This document shows positions 33,153 through 43,052 of a stretch of 64,000 nucleotides of DNA, piece after piece. Made by a program: the position numbers and the translations under genes. The notes under the pieces were generated by a model. That model was given only the letters and a program-made list of their open reading frames with translations. It made no database searches and was not told the DNA's origin. Location: IMG/VR virus record IMGVR_UViG_3300027987_000212, positions 1 to 64,000 of that record; one strand, written 5' to 3'. Source of the DNA: a virus. Position 1 is the stretch's first letter. The number at the start of each line of letters is the position of its first letter.

Positions 33153-34898
33153 ATGCGAATCGTAACCCGTAACCCACACTCCGCCTACCTCGACAACTGG
33201 CTCTGGTTACCGAAGTTCTTCGTCAATGTAGACGGTACCAAAAACGCACTGACCTTCGGATTCCCTGACGGCCGGTCAGAGAAGAAGATGCGCTTTGTTT
33301 ACCTATGGAAGGAGACACAGCACCACCTACTCGTCCCACGTCACTTCTGGGACCTAGGAAGCCTGCCCTTCCCCGTACTCGACTGCCGACCTGCGACTAC
33401 TCCTCGAGCCAACATCCGCAGCCGCATCAAGCTGGACCACCGCCCTGTAGACGTGCGCGGAGTCACGACACTGCAGCCAACTGGCAGCACCGTTCAACGT
33501 GACTCACTCGCGGCACTTGCTGCCTGCGCCAGCGGTATTCTGCAATTAGCTTGCGGCAAGGGCAAAAGTGTCGTCGCCCTAGAACGTATAGCTCAGTCTG
33601 GTGGACGTGGCTTAATCGTCGTCGACAATACCCAACTCGTCGAGCACTGGAAGCGAGAGATAGCTACCATGCTAGACGTCCCCACAGGCGTCGGAGAGCT
33701 CTACGGGGGCAAGGTCGATTGGGACAAGGACATCGTCATTGCGACGTACCAAACACTGGCTGCCTACATTCCTGAGGCCCCCGAGGAGTTTCGCCGGATG
33801 TGGGCCGTAGTGGTCTGGGACGAGGGCCACCACATTAGTGCCCCTACATTCGCACCCGGTGCCGAGTACTTCTTCTGCCAACGTATCGCACTCACCGCTA
33901 CTCCCAAGCGACAGGACGGTACTCATGTCATCTACAACATGCATATCGGCCCAGTGGTTTTCAAGGACCTGAAACAAGACCTGGTGGCCCGGGTAGCCTT
34001 CGACTGGACGGGGCTCTCCCCAGAAGAGACACGCCCCAACTGCGCAATCCGAGACAAGAGCGGAGAAATCCATCTCGGCATGCTCAGCGTGTACTTCGGC
34101 AAGTGGGTAGAGCACCTCAACCACGTACTTCGCCGAGTGTGGGAGGCGGTACAAGAAGGTCGCCGCATCCTTGTGCTGTGTGATGCAGTAGATGAAGCCG
34201 TTAACCTTTGTGCGCTGTGGAACCGCTACTCCTCCCTGTACACAGACGTACCAATCCCAACGCCCCAAGATGTCGGCGAGACCCTACAACCCATAGCCCT
34301 CGAGCCCAAGCAGCGTGAAGCACGAGAACAGGCCATACTTCATGGGCGCGCTGCCATCAGCGCAGGAAAGCTATCCAACGAACGCGCACAGCAATTAGCC
34401 CTAGAGCTATACCAGTACGAGCAAGAGCTCAAGCAATGTGACGTCCACGACAAAGTGCAGAAAGAGCTACGCCGCAGACAGCGGGAGTACTTGAAAGCCA
34501 TGCAGTCCCACGGCGGTACTGGCGGACTGATGATATACAAAGTCCCCCCTGAAAAACGCCAGAGTAACCTGGACACCAAGCAAGTTGTCTTCGCCATCAA
34601 GAAGTACGGCCGCGAAGGCTTGAACAATCGCCACCTGGATACCGTGATAACCACCATGCCCTTCTCCCAGGATGGCACGCTACAGCAGGTGCGCGGTCGA
34701 GTAGAGCGGTTTGCCTCTGGGAAGCGCGAGCCACTTCTGCTAGTCATCGAGCACAACGTCGGTCCCATCATTGGTATGTGTCAGAAGCTACGCAAGCACT
34801 TGCGCGAATGGCCAGTCGAAGAAGGCGGACCATTTACCTACGAACTCCACAATCATCCGAGGTCAGCATGCAACAAGAAGCTCTTTGGCTCATCCTAG
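33153..34898 (+). CDS. superfamily 2 helicase (UvsW/DExH-like)
   Basis: LACGKGKS, WDEGHH, LTAT, GREGLN and QVRGRVER motifs. Confidence 0.9.
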   Translation: MRIVTRNPHSAYLDNWLWLPKFFVNVDGTKNALTFGFPDGRSEKKMRFVYLWKETQHHLLVPRHFWDLGSLPFPVLDCRPATTPRANIRSRIKLDHRPVDVRGVTTLQPTGSTVQRDSLAALAACASGILQLACGKGKSVVALERIAQSGGRGLIVVDNTQLVEHWKREIATMLDVPTGVGELYGGKVDWDKDIVIATYQTLAAYIPEAPEEFRRMWAVVVWDEGHHISAPTFAPGAEYFFCQRIALTATPKRQDGTHVIYNMHIGPVVFKDLKQDLVARVAFDWTGLSPEETRPNCAIRDKSGEIHLGMLSVYFGKWVEHLNHVLRRVWEAVQEGRRILVLCDAVDEAVNLCALWNRYSSLYTDVPIPTPQDVGETLQPIALEPKQREAREQAILHGRAAISAGKLSNERAQQLALELYQYEQELKQCDVHDKVQKELRRRQREYLKAMQSHGGTGGLMIYKVPPEKRQSNLDTKQVVFAIKKYGREGLNNRHLDTVITTMPFSQDGTLQQVRGRVERFASGKREPLLLVIEHNVGPIIGMCQKLRKHLREWPVEEGGPFTYELHNHPRSACNKKLFGSS

Positions 34899-35317
34899 CC
34901 ACCCCCAAAGGTAACCTCCTTGCCCAGGTAGCTTTCTTCGCCGGAGCAGACTCTGGCTACAAGGATGGGCCAGTAGCTAAGGCACAGTTGGTGGCTTACT
35001 TAGCCGAGACAATCGAGCGGCACACACCCGTGAAGTGCATGCCGTACTACATCTACATCGATGCATTGCAGCGTGTGCAGACACCAGATGGTCAGCGGGG
35101 CTACGCTCGAGAGCAAACTGTCCTGGCACCCGTACTGGAGCCAACTTGCCCGCTGTACACCACCGTGCTCGCGTTTCAGTTCGTCCAAGACCTCACCGCG
35201 GAAGAACAGCGCATCATCCGTGAAGGGATAAACCACGCAAATCAAGCAGCCCTAGAGCAGCGCTTGAGCAGCGTGGGTATCGTGACAGCTTCCCAGATTC
35301 CGCCCGGGCAGTCATGA
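34868..35317 (+). CDS. hypothetical protein (start ATG 34868, 149 aa)
   Basis: GAGG RBS; overlaps the end of the helicase gene. Confidence 0.7.
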   Translation: MQQEALWLILATPKGNLLAQVAFFAGADSGYKDGPVAKAQLVAYLAETIERHTPVKCMPYYIYIDALQRVQTPDGQRGYAREQTVLAPVLEPTCPLYTTVLAFQFVQDLTAEEQRIIREGINHANQAALEQRLSSVGIVTASQIPPGQS

Positions 35318-36150
35318 GAGACGCACGAAAGCCCTTACCGGTACTCTACGATGAATGGAGAGACTGTACTCGCTGCAGCCTCTCCGAACGACGAATCGAA
35401 GAGGGAGCGCCCGTGGTCTTCGGTGAAGGCGCTCCTCGAGGCATTCTCTTCGTTGGTGAAGGCCCTGGTCGAGAGGAAGAGAGAGCTGGGCGGCCCTTCG
35501 TCGGCAAGTCGGGGCACCTACTACGCGACGCGCTACGCCAGCTAGGCTTAGTCGACTTTTTCATCACCAATGCTGTTGCCTGTAGGAGCTGCGGACCTGC
35601 CTACAACGGTGAGGGGAAACTCGTACTACGCCCAGACTTCAGGACTGGCATCCCCACTCCAATCATCGTAGACAAGCCACCCACAGCCGAGCATGTCAAC
35701 GCGTGCCGACCACGGCTGCACGAGCTCATCTACCTGCTCGACCCTGTTCTCATCGTGTCCCTAGGAGCAGAGGCCACCCGGGCACTGACCAACAAGTCTG
35801 CCCCTATCACTGCCATACGCGGCGACATCATCACCATCGAAATCGAGGGGGCGTGGTCCGTCCCCCAATTCACTGAAAAAGGACGCTGGGCACGCGTAGT
35901 GCGGGGGAAGCTTACGCGCCCAACCCAGCCCAACAAAGTGCGGTACAGCCTCCTACCTGTACTGCACCCAGCTTACGTGCTTAGGTCGCTGCACGACAAA
36001 AAACAGGGTAACCCAGTACAGTTGTTTGCTCAAGACATGCAACGAGTGGCAACTCTGTACGACCGCTACATGCAGATGACTTTCAACGTATCACCAACCG
36101 AACGAGCAATGTTGTCTGACGACTTCATTCGCGAGCTAGGCGAAGAGTAA
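35314..36150 (+). CDS. udg: uracil-DNA glycosylase family 4 (Fe-S)
   Basis: CTRC, FVGEGPG.EE...GRPFVG.SG, TNAVAC, CRPRL and HPAYVLR. Confidence 0.9.
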   Translation: MRDARKPLPVLYDEWRDCTRCSLSERRIEEGAPVVFGEGAPRGILFVGEGPGREEERAGRPFVGKSGHLLRDALRQLGLVDFFITNAVACRSCGPAYNGEGKLVLRPDFRTGIPTPIIVDKPPTAEHVNACRPRLHELIYLLDPVLIVSLGAEATRALTNKSAPITAIRGDIITIEIEGAWSVPQFTEKGRWARVVRGKLTRPTQPNKVRYSLLPVLHPAYVLRSLHDKKQGNPVQLFAQDMQRVATLYDRYMQMTFNVSPTERAMLSDDFIRELGEE

Positions 36151-36169
36151 CCACAAGGAGCAGCCAAAA

Positions 36170-36595
36170 ATGGGACTGAAACGAGTACCACCAGATGACA
36201 TCCCCGAAGTCAGAGACTTCATGGAAGCAGACGAAGTCCTCCAACAATTCATGCGCAACAGACCTGAGGTGTTCGACACGATGCGCACACTGCTCGAGGA
36301 GCGCAACAGCAAGCTACAAGCTGCCGACAAGGTAATACGTGCACGTGGCGTCGTCTCGGGGCCATGGAAGGTGCACAGCACAAAAGTCGTCGTCGATGGC
36401 GCGGCCATGTTCGAAGCACTGGGAGAGGCAGGATTCCTCGCTGCAGGAGGCACCTTCACTACAGTTACGCAGTACACGGTGGACAAGGCAGCCCTGGACC
36501 TTGCCATCGCTGGCAATAAGGTCCCCGCGGAAAAAGTGGACACGTTCCGTACAGTCTCGGTCAGCGTCTCCTCCCCCAAAGAAATCAAGCTGTAG
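36170..36595 (+). CDS. hypothetical protein
   Basis: 141 aa, AAGGAG RBS. Confidence 0.8.
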   Translation: MGLKRVPPDDIPEVRDFMEADEVLQQFMRNRPEVFDTMRTLLEERNSKLQAADKVIRARGVVSGPWKVHSTKVVVDGAAMFEALGEAGFLAAGGTFTTVTQYTVDKAALDLAIAGNKVPAEKVDTFRTVSVSVSSPKEIKL

Positions 36596-36903
36596 TGCCT
36601 ACGCGCGGGACGCCAAAAGCAGATGCCCTCGCATTGGCAGAACTAAGCGCCAACTTGCTGGGCTCCACCGTAGTGCTGCATGGCAAGGCAGCTCTCGTCA
36701 ATACCAAAACCGGCGACACGCACGGATGGACTACCGGCTCCGGAAGTACGTGGTCGAAGCAAACGCTCCAGCTCCTGCTAGAGCTCTGTGAATCCATGGA
36801 ACGAGACATCGCACGGCGTGACTTCGACAGTGTAGAGGGTCCCGGTGCGGAAGCAGCCCCCGAAGGTTTGGGCGAGCACCTATCCGACGCTCGCCAAGCA
36901 TAA
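36595..36903 (+). CDS. hypothetical protein
   Basis: 102 aa, GTG start overlapping the upstream stop. Confidence 0.7.
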   Translation: MPTRGTPKADALALAELSANLLGSTVVLHGKAALVNTKTGDTHGWTTGSGSTWSKQTLQLLLELCESMERDIARRDFDSVEGPGAEAAPEGLGEHLSDARQA

Positions 36904-36989
36904 CCACAAGCAGTTGGGCCCAGGTATCTCCCTTCCTACGAGGGATTGTGGTACCTGGGCCACGCTTGACTCCGTCGGTATGTGGCGGA
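36903..36989 (+). ncRNA. candidate structured leader upstream of dnaB
   Basis: GGCCCAGGUA/UACCUGGGCC stem with inner UCCCU/AGGGA; ACCACAA can pair with the internal-loop UUGUGGU; second hairpin UCCGUC/GGCGGA. Confidence 0.4.
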
Positions 36990-37018
36990 CAATCACCAGC
37001 TCGCCCTGAAAGACGATA

Positions 37019-38518
37019 ATGGCATCACGTGAGGCACAGCTACTTTCTCGAATCATACGCACCGGCGACATCTACGGTGCCCTCGAATGGGGTATATCCT
37101 CGGCGGACTTCACCGCCGCAGAGAACCGAGCTATCTTCGAACATCTGGTAGCCTATCACCAGCAATACAAGGGGTCCGTAGTTGGTCCGGAAGCAGCCAA
37201 GAACATCTACCCATCCTTCCAGCTATGCGACGACCCCAGCATGGCTACTGCCGCGCTCTGTAGGGAGACCCGCAACCACCGGCTAGCCATCGAAGGCCAA
37301 ACACGCCTCAAAGACGTACAAGCCCTATTCGCCGCCGACCCGCTACGCGCAGTAGAGCTCCTGGGCACATTGTCGACAGACCTTTCGGCCTTAGCGGGCA
37401 GCAACAACACCGACATTCGAGCAGGCGACGCCTTCACCCAGATATGGAACAAGTACCAGCTGAAGAAGCAAGGGGTCAGCTTCTCCGTGTGCCCCTGGCC
37501 ATGGTTTCCGATAGAGCTTGAGACGAGCGGCATTCAGCCGCGAGACTACATCGTGTTCTACGGTAGACCCAAGAGCAAGAAGTCTTGGGTACTAGCGTAT
37601 CTCATTGCGTGGTGCTACAACAAGCGACGCCGGGCAGTCATCTACACCAAGGAGATGGGTGCAGACGACATCTTCTCGCGAATCCTTGCTTGCTTAGCAC
37701 AAGTTGACGCCCGCGGGCTGCGGCTAGGCCACCTAGAGCCGTACGCAGAATGGTCAGTGTCCACCGCGATACGCATGATGCAGGCTGCCCATGAAGACGG
37801 CTACCTCATCTGCCTATCTGGTCAGGACTGCCGCGACGGGGAAGACACCGTGCCTTGGCTTGCCTCAAAGCTCGAGAAGTACAAACCTGACCTATGCTTC
37901 ATCGATGGCATGTACTTGATGAGTGACGTGCGCCGCGCAAAGAAGGACCACGAGAAGGTCCAAAACATCTCCCGGATGTTACGGCAGGTAACCCTCAACA
38001 CGAACATCCCAATCATCGCCACAGTACAAGCAAACCGCAAAGCTGCTGGGCACCAAGAAGCCAACCTCGACGAACTAGCCTTCTCCGACTCCATTGGCCA
38101 GGATGCCACGCACATCTTTCGTGTCATCAACGAGAAGAACACACCCACCATTGCCCTACTTACAGCAGGTGGTCGCGAGTTCAACCTGAGTGGCTGGCGC
38201 ATCTACGGCATTCCCGCTACCAACTTCGGGGTCTACGGGGATGGAACCATCACCGCCAAAGAGGCCGAGAAAGCGAAGGAGAACGACGTTGGAGATGGAG
38301 ACGACCCTGCCCACACTCAGCAGGTTCAAACTCAACACAGCCAGGCACGGCGAATGCAGCCGCAACCAGCGCCGCCCGCCCAGTTACCTCCCGGCGCAGC
38401 TGAGCAAATGGTCTCTCCAGCCTCCAGCAGCCAAATGCCTCCGCCACCAGAACCAAGGTACAACCCAACCAACTACGACATAAGCCGAGTCCTCCGGGGC
38501 TGGATGAATCCTCCGTGA
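37019..38518 (+). CDS. dnaB: DnaB-like replicative helicase
   Basis: Walker A variant YGRPKSKKS, EM, FIDGMYLM, VQANR, FSDSIGQDA; Q/P-rich C-terminal tail. Confidence 0.85.
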   Translation: MASREAQLLSRIIRTGDIYGALEWGISSADFTAAENRAIFEHLVAYHQQYKGSVVGPEAAKNIYPSFQLCDDPSMATAALCRETRNHRLAIEGQTRLKDVQALFAADPLRAVELLGTLSTDLSALAGSNNTDIRAGDAFTQIWNKYQLKKQGVSFSVCPWPWFPIELETSGIQPRDYIVFYGRPKSKKSWVLAYLIAWCYNKRRRAVIYTKEMGADDIFSRILACLAQVDARGLRLGHLEPYAEWSVSTAIRMMQAAHEDGYLICLSGQDCRDGEDTVPWLASKLEKYKPDLCFIDGMYLMSDVRRAKKDHEKVQNISRMLRQVTLNTNIPIIATVQANRKAAGHQEANLDELAFSDSIGQDATHIFRVINEKNTPTIALLTAGGREFNLSGWRIYGIPATNFGVYGDGTITAKEAEKAKENDVGDGDDPAHTQQVQTQHSQARRMQPQPAPPAQLPPGAAEQMVSPASSSQMPPPPEPRYNPTNYDISRVLRGWMNPP

Positions 38519-39498
38519 GCAACGAGATATTCGCGATTGCCCAACAGTACCTACAGAAGGTATCGACAGCAGGGGCGCACAACCTCAAAGCCATCTGCCC
38601 GTTCCACGTGAACGCGAGAGGCACCGTTGAGCGCAACCCCTCCTTCTACATGTCTACGGACACGGGGTTGTTCTTCTGCCATTCGTGCGGCACCAAAGGC
38701 AACCTACGCTCCTTCTTGAGCATGATGGGAGTAAGTCCCGTCCTGCTCGACTCGATGTACAAAGGTGCTCTCGAGTCCGTAGCGCGCAACGTAGCACCCC
38801 CACCGGACCCTCTTCGCCCAAAGGTCTTCTCGGCCTTCCCCATCGAAGAGAAGCTGCTCGGCTTGTTTCAGTACGCGCCAACCGACTTACTGCGTGCAGG
38901 ATTCGCAGAACAGACCCTGCAACACTTTGAGGTAGGCTTCGACGTCTCGCACAATCGCATCACCTTTCCGATACGCGACCTGATGGGGCAGCTCGTAGCC
39001 ATCAGCGGTCGAGCAGTCCTCAGCTACCAAGAACCTCGCTACAAAATCTACGATAAGGAGTACGAGACCTGGCAGCTACCCATACGTGATAGCTGGGAAA
39101 AGAGCACCGTCCTGTACAACGCCAACCGGGTATACCCGGAAGTCTACTTCAACGTCAGCCCCCCTCCCGTGGTAGTAGTTGAAGGATTCAAGGCCTGTAT
39201 GTGGGTCTGGCAAGCTGGTTTCCGGAACGTAGTCGCCACACTAGGCACATACCTGTCCTGGGAACAGAAATGGATACTTGAACGTCTCGGCGCGCCCGTG
39301 TACTTGTTCTTGGACAACAACCGAGCTGGACGGAGAGGAGCGTACACAGCAGGCAACCAACTGTGCAAGAGCCTTCACACAAGCTTAGTCCGCTACCCAG
39401 AGCGACTTCGTGATGACGACGGAGCACAACCAGATTCCTGCACTATCGAAGAGGTCCAAGAGCAGCTCGCCAACCCGCTGCCATGGTACTTAGTCTAG
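38515..39498 (+). CDS. dnaG: DnaG-like primase
   Basis: CPFH...PSF...FFCHSCG Zn domain, FPIRD...SGR and TOPRIM VVEG...LFLDN. Confidence 0.88.
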   Translation: MSNEIFAIAQQYLQKVSTAGAHNLKAICPFHVNARGTVERNPSFYMSTDTGLFFCHSCGTKGNLRSFLSMMGVSPVLLDSMYKGALESVARNVAPPPDPLRPKVFSAFPIEEKLLGLFQYAPTDLLRAGFAEQTLQHFEVGFDVSHNRITFPIRDLMGQLVAISGRAVLSYQEPRYKIYDKEYETWQLPIRDSWEKSTVLYNANRVYPEVYFNVSPPPVVVVEGFKACMWVWQAGFRNVVATLGTYLSWEQKWILERLGAPVYLFLDNNRAGRRGAYTAGNQLCKSLHTSLVRYPERLRDDDGAQPDSCTIEEVQEQLANPLPWYLV

Positions 39499-39504
39499 AG
39501 ACGG

Positions 39505-39576
39505 TTGGCAGGCCTCGTTGCCAAGAGAGACCCCGGCCATTGTTGCCAAGAGAGACCGGCCCTTGTTGCCAGAAAG
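39505..39576 (+). repeat. short direct/inverted repeat cluster upstream of the SSB-like gene
   Basis: GTTGCCAAGAGAGACC at 39517 and 39542, partial GTTGCCAG at 39565; TTGGCA-N8-TGCCAA inverted pair at 39505-39524. Confidence 0.8.
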
Positions 39577-39585
39577 TGAACGGAC

Positions 39586-40992
39586 ATGAGTTTCGGTAAA
39601 GACCCTAATCAGCTAGCCACTATTGGCGGTTACGGCGCCAGCATGACCCAACAGATGGGAAATGCCACCCGCAAGCAGCCATCCAGCAGGAACGGCGCCC
39701 CCTTCTGGGCGAACACGTTCAAGCCAAGTACCGGCACGCCCGACGAGATTCGGGTAATCCCCGGTAGTTATACCATCCAGCGTGTCAACGAGGGGGTGGT
39801 CTACGAAGAGCAACTACCTTGGTTCGAGTGCACCGAACACTACCACGGCGGACTGAGCCGCAGTGTCCTTTGTAGTGCCGGCGTACATCGTATGGACCGC
39901 AACAAACGCGAACCCTGTTGCGGATGTGAGATGTACTGGGAAGACTACATGATTCGAAAGGAGCGAGAGAAGGAGACAGGCAACAAGGTAACCAAGCCAA
40001 ATCGCGTATCGATGCGTAGCCTCTACGTGTTCAACGTCCTTGACTTGGGCTACTTCTTCAAAGCACCCCAGCGCGACGAGAACGGCCACCTCAAGCTGAA
40101 CCCGCAAGACGGCAAACCCTACATGGTCTGGACCAAGTATGTAGGGCAGCATCAAGCAGCCGAAGCTAATGCGCAAGGTGCTGAGGGCCACTGGGGTCAC
40201 GTCATGAGTTGGCCACTGGGGCGCGACCACTTCAACATGCTGAGCAGCTACAGCGACCTCATCAGCAAGAACTGCCTATCCTGCGGCGGACACTCCACCA
40301 TCGTCACGCGCCACTGGTCATGCAACAACTGCCACGCGGTGCTGCTGGACCCTTGGACGGCCAACATGCCTCCAGAGAAGGTTCAAGAGTTCACTCAACA
40401 GCCGGTAAGGTGCGGCACCTGCGGTACTACGGCTTACCCGCACGAAGAGCATCATTGCTCGAATTGCCAGTACCCGCGACCCGCCACCATCTTCGACGTG
40501 AACCTGCACGTGAAAAGGCAGAAGGACCCGTCCACCCAACGTGTGCAGCTCATCATCCCCCAGTTCTCCAACCCACAGGGGCTCCCACCTCACTTCGCCG
40601 ATGCCCTGCAGAAGTTACCAGACCTCGCAAAGCGTTACGCCCCCACACCCTACAACGAGCAGCTCACCCTGTTCCAGCAAGCCTCAGCGCATGACCAAGC
40701 ACAGGCAGGGCAGACTCCCACGCACCAAGCATACGGAGCAGGGATGGCCCCTCCAGGTGGCTATGGCGCCCCTCCACCGGCGCAGGGAAGCCCTGGGGAA
40801 GCTCCAAGCTACCAGCAACCTGGTCCGTTCACGCCGCCAGGGCAATTCGCCGCTCCGGGGCAGTACCAAGCCCCCGCGCAACAACCGTACCAGAACTACG
40901 GACAGCCGACAGCGGCACAACCAGTAGCCACCGGGCACCAGGCAACGGTGGGTACGCCACAAGGTTGGGGAAACGGTAACTACGGGCAGTGA
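39586..40992 (+). CDS. probable single-stranded DNA-binding protein (gp32-like) with Zn ribbons and prion-like tail
   Basis: Located between primase and polymerase; IRVIP, EHYH...C...CCGC and RSLYVFNVLD resemble gp32-like SSBs; four CxxC pairs; Q/G/P/Y-rich last ~110 aa. Confidence 0.6.
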   Translation: MSFGKDPNQLATIGGYGASMTQQMGNATRKQPSSRNGAPFWANTFKPSTGTPDEIRVIPGSYTIQRVNEGVVYEEQLPWFECTEHYHGGLSRSVLCSAGVHRMDRNKREPCCGCEMYWEDYMIRKEREKETGNKVTKPNRVSMRSLYVFNVLDLGYFFKAPQRDENGHLKLNPQDGKPYMVWTKYVGQHQAAEANAQGAEGHWGHVMSWPLGRDHFNMLSSYSDLISKNCLSCGGHSTIVTRHWSCNNCHAVLLDPWTANMPPEKVQEFTQQPVRCGTCGTTAYPHEEHHCSNCQYPRPATIFDVNLHVKRQKDPSTQRVQLIIPQFSNPQGLPPHFADALQKLPDLAKRYAPTPYNEQLTLFQQASAHDQAQAGQTPTHQAYGAGMAPPGGYGAPPPAQGSPGEAPSYQQPGPFTPPGQFAAPGQYQAPAQQPYQNYGQPTAAQPVATGHQATVGTPQGWGNGNYGQ

Positions 40993-40999
40993 AAGGATG

Positions 41000-41025
41000 A
41001 ACGGGCCTGCGGAAGCGGGCCCGTT
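41000..41025 (+). terminator. strong hairpin after the SSB-like gene (terminator or stabiliser)
   Basis: AACGGGCCTGC-GGAA-GCGGGCCCGTT, 11 bp with GNRA loop, weak U tract. Confidence 0.5.
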
Positions 41026-41036
41026 CTGCGTCTACT

Positions 41037-43043
41037 ATGGCTTCTGCTGGTTGGAACATAGATGTACCTGTTGCGGAGTACTACGGACCCGTACCAGATG
41101 CGTGGTCTACTCGAGTGCGCTCTCGAGACCTTCAGCCGTTAATGAACGAGCTGTACGATACCCCCGAGGTAGCAATTGACACAGAGACTACCGGATTGGT
41201 GGTGTGGCGAGACCTACCTCTGTACTTCTCTTTGGCGTGGCAAAATCGTCGAGCAACCCTGCACAGGTCATTGCTCCCGTACTTCAAACCCATGTTCGAC
41301 CACCCAGAGCGCCGCTGGGTTCTCGCGAACGCCAAGTACGACAACCACATCCTGGCGAACGAAGGCTACCCCCTCGAGGGATTACTAGTCGACACGCAGG
41401 TTGCACACGCGCTGCTCTACGAGGAGCAGCCACATGGCCTCAAGGAGATGGCAGGGTCTTTACTTGGTTGGAAGTGGTTGGACTTCCAAGACACCTTCGG
41501 ACGCATCAACAAGATGCAGTCCCCCGCACAGCTCATTGCGCGCGCAGAGTACGAGAACTTCCCCCTGCTCATCGAGTACGCAGCTAACGACGCATGGGGT
41601 ACCAAAAACGTCCACAACGTTCTGCAGAAGCAGCTGTTGGAGGCACGGACACACAGCCTCTTCAACAACATGCCGCCGTACATCAACACGCTGCATGACC
41701 TCTTCTGGAAAGTCGAAGTACCGTACACGAAGGTGCTGTGGAAGAACGAGCGCAACGGCATACTCATCGACCTACCGTTGTTGGAGCAGGCCAAGCCGGT
41801 CGCCGAAGCGGAAATCAAACAACACGAAAAGAACCTCGCCCAACTAGCAGGTACCCCGCACTTCAACCCCAACAGTACCCCCCAGTTGAAGGCATTCTTC
41901 TTCGATGTCTGCCAAGTAAAGCCGACTAAGATGACCAAGGGTGGCAAGAGTGGCAAGGTCAGCCCCTCTGTCGACGCCTCATTCTTGGAGCACTACGCGG
42001 AGCTGAACCTCACCGGCGCCGAGCCGAACTTTCAAGGAGAGTCTCGAGCTAAAGCCATGGCACAAGCTTTGGTGAAGTACCGAGACGTCAGTAAACTGTA
42101 CGGTACGTACATCGTAGGACTGAGCTCCAAGGTCGACCCTACGGGGAGGATACACACTCGGTTCAACCAAGACGTTGCGCGAACCGGTCGTCTCTCCTCA
42201 GCAGACCCAAACCTCCAGAACATCCCCAACCCAGAGAACGACAGCTGGAAGATTCGACGCGCATTCATTGCCCCGCCTGGCTACAAGCTAATCGTTGCTG
42301 ACTATCGGCAACTAGAGATGCGCTTGTTGGCTTGCGCCGCGATGGAGAAAGACATGGTCGACATCTTCCTTCGTGGTTGGGACATCCACATGGGCAACGC
42401 CTCGCTCATGTACGGCATCCCGTACGAGGAAATCTACGCAGCTAAGAAGAAGTCCGGTGACCTCTTCGCGAAGATGCTCCCCGCACGCATTGCCCAATGC
42501 GTTCAAGTGCGTAGTGACGCCAAAGCAATTGGCTTCGGTCTGAACTACGGTATGCGCGAGGCGAAGCTGGCAGCAACACTCGGCTGTACCGTAGAAGAAG
42601 CCATCAAGAAAATTGAGCAGTACAAGGCCACCTACCCTGCCGTCACCCACTTCTACGAAGAGGCCATCCGCGAAACAGAACTGACAGGCTATGCGTTCAC
42701 CATCCTAGGACGCCGCCGCAACGTTCCTGAGATTCGCTCCCCTCGTCGCATGGAGCGAATGAAGGCTGAGCGCATCTCCGTCAACACGCAGATTCAAGGC
42801 TCAGCAGCCGACGTCGTGAAGATGGCGCAAATCGTCTTGGACAAACTGGGAATGGACCGTCGATTCGACTGCCGTAGTAACCTGCAAGTACATGATGAAC
42901 TCGTACACACCTGCCCAGAGTTGTACGTACCTGAGTGCAAGTCGCTCATCATCGAGTTCATGGAGCACCCATTCCACATAGACCTAGCAGTTCCCTTGGA
43001 GGTAGACTGCGGCGTTCACCAAACATGGTTTGACGCCAAGTAA
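41037..43043 (+). CDS. polA: family A DNA polymerase with 3'-5' exonuclease
   Basis: IDTETTG, NAKYD and YAANDA exo motifs; RTGRLSS..PNLQNIP, ADYRQLEMR, AKAIGFGLNYG, IQGSAAD, QVHDEL. Confidence 0.97.
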   Translation: MASAGWNIDVPVAEYYGPVPDAWSTRVRSRDLQPLMNELYDTPEVAIDTETTGLVVWRDLPLYFSLAWQNRRATLHRSLLPYFKPMFDHPERRWVLANAKYDNHILANEGYPLEGLLVDTQVAHALLYEEQPHGLKEMAGSLLGWKWLDFQDTFGRINKMQSPAQLIARAEYENFPLLIEYAANDAWGTKNVHNVLQKQLLEARTHSLFNNMPPYINTLHDLFWKVEVPYTKVLWKNERNGILIDLPLLEQAKPVAEAEIKQHEKNLAQLAGTPHFNPNSTPQLKAFFFDVCQVKPTKMTKGGKSGKVSPSVDASFLEHYAELNLTGAEPNFQGESRAKAMAQALVKYRDVSKLYGTYIVGLSSKVDPTGRIHTRFNQDVARTGRLSSADPNLQNIPNPENDSWKIRRAFIAPPGYKLIVADYRQLEMRLLACAAMEKDMVDIFLRGWDIHMGNASLMYGIPYEEIYAAKKKSGDLFAKMLPARIAQCVQVRSDAKAIGFGLNYGMREAKLAATLGCTVEEAIKKIEQYKATYPAVTHFYEEAIRETELTGYAFTILGRRRNVPEIRSPRRMERMKAERISVNTQIQGSAADVVKMAQIVLDKLGMDRRFDCRSNLQVHDELVHTCPELYVPECKSLIIEFMEHPFHIDLAVPLEVDCGVHQTWFDAK

Positions 43044-43052
43044 GGAGGAAGC

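Noticed and set aside
33900-34600. Intein in the SF2 helicase insertion
   Set aside because: The roughly 110-aa insert looks helical/coiled-coil and lacks splice-junction residues
36903-36961. HDV-like/theta ribozyme
   Set aside because: The topology is partly similar, but there is no P4, no GG for P1.1 and no J4/2 catalytic C between the P1' and P2' strands
39505-39522. Sigma54 promoter (TTGGCA...TTGC)
   Set aside because: GG and GC are separated by 11 nt rather than the required 10
39505-39576. CRISPR mini-array
   Set aside because: Repeats are 16 nt or less with 7-9 nt spacers, far too short
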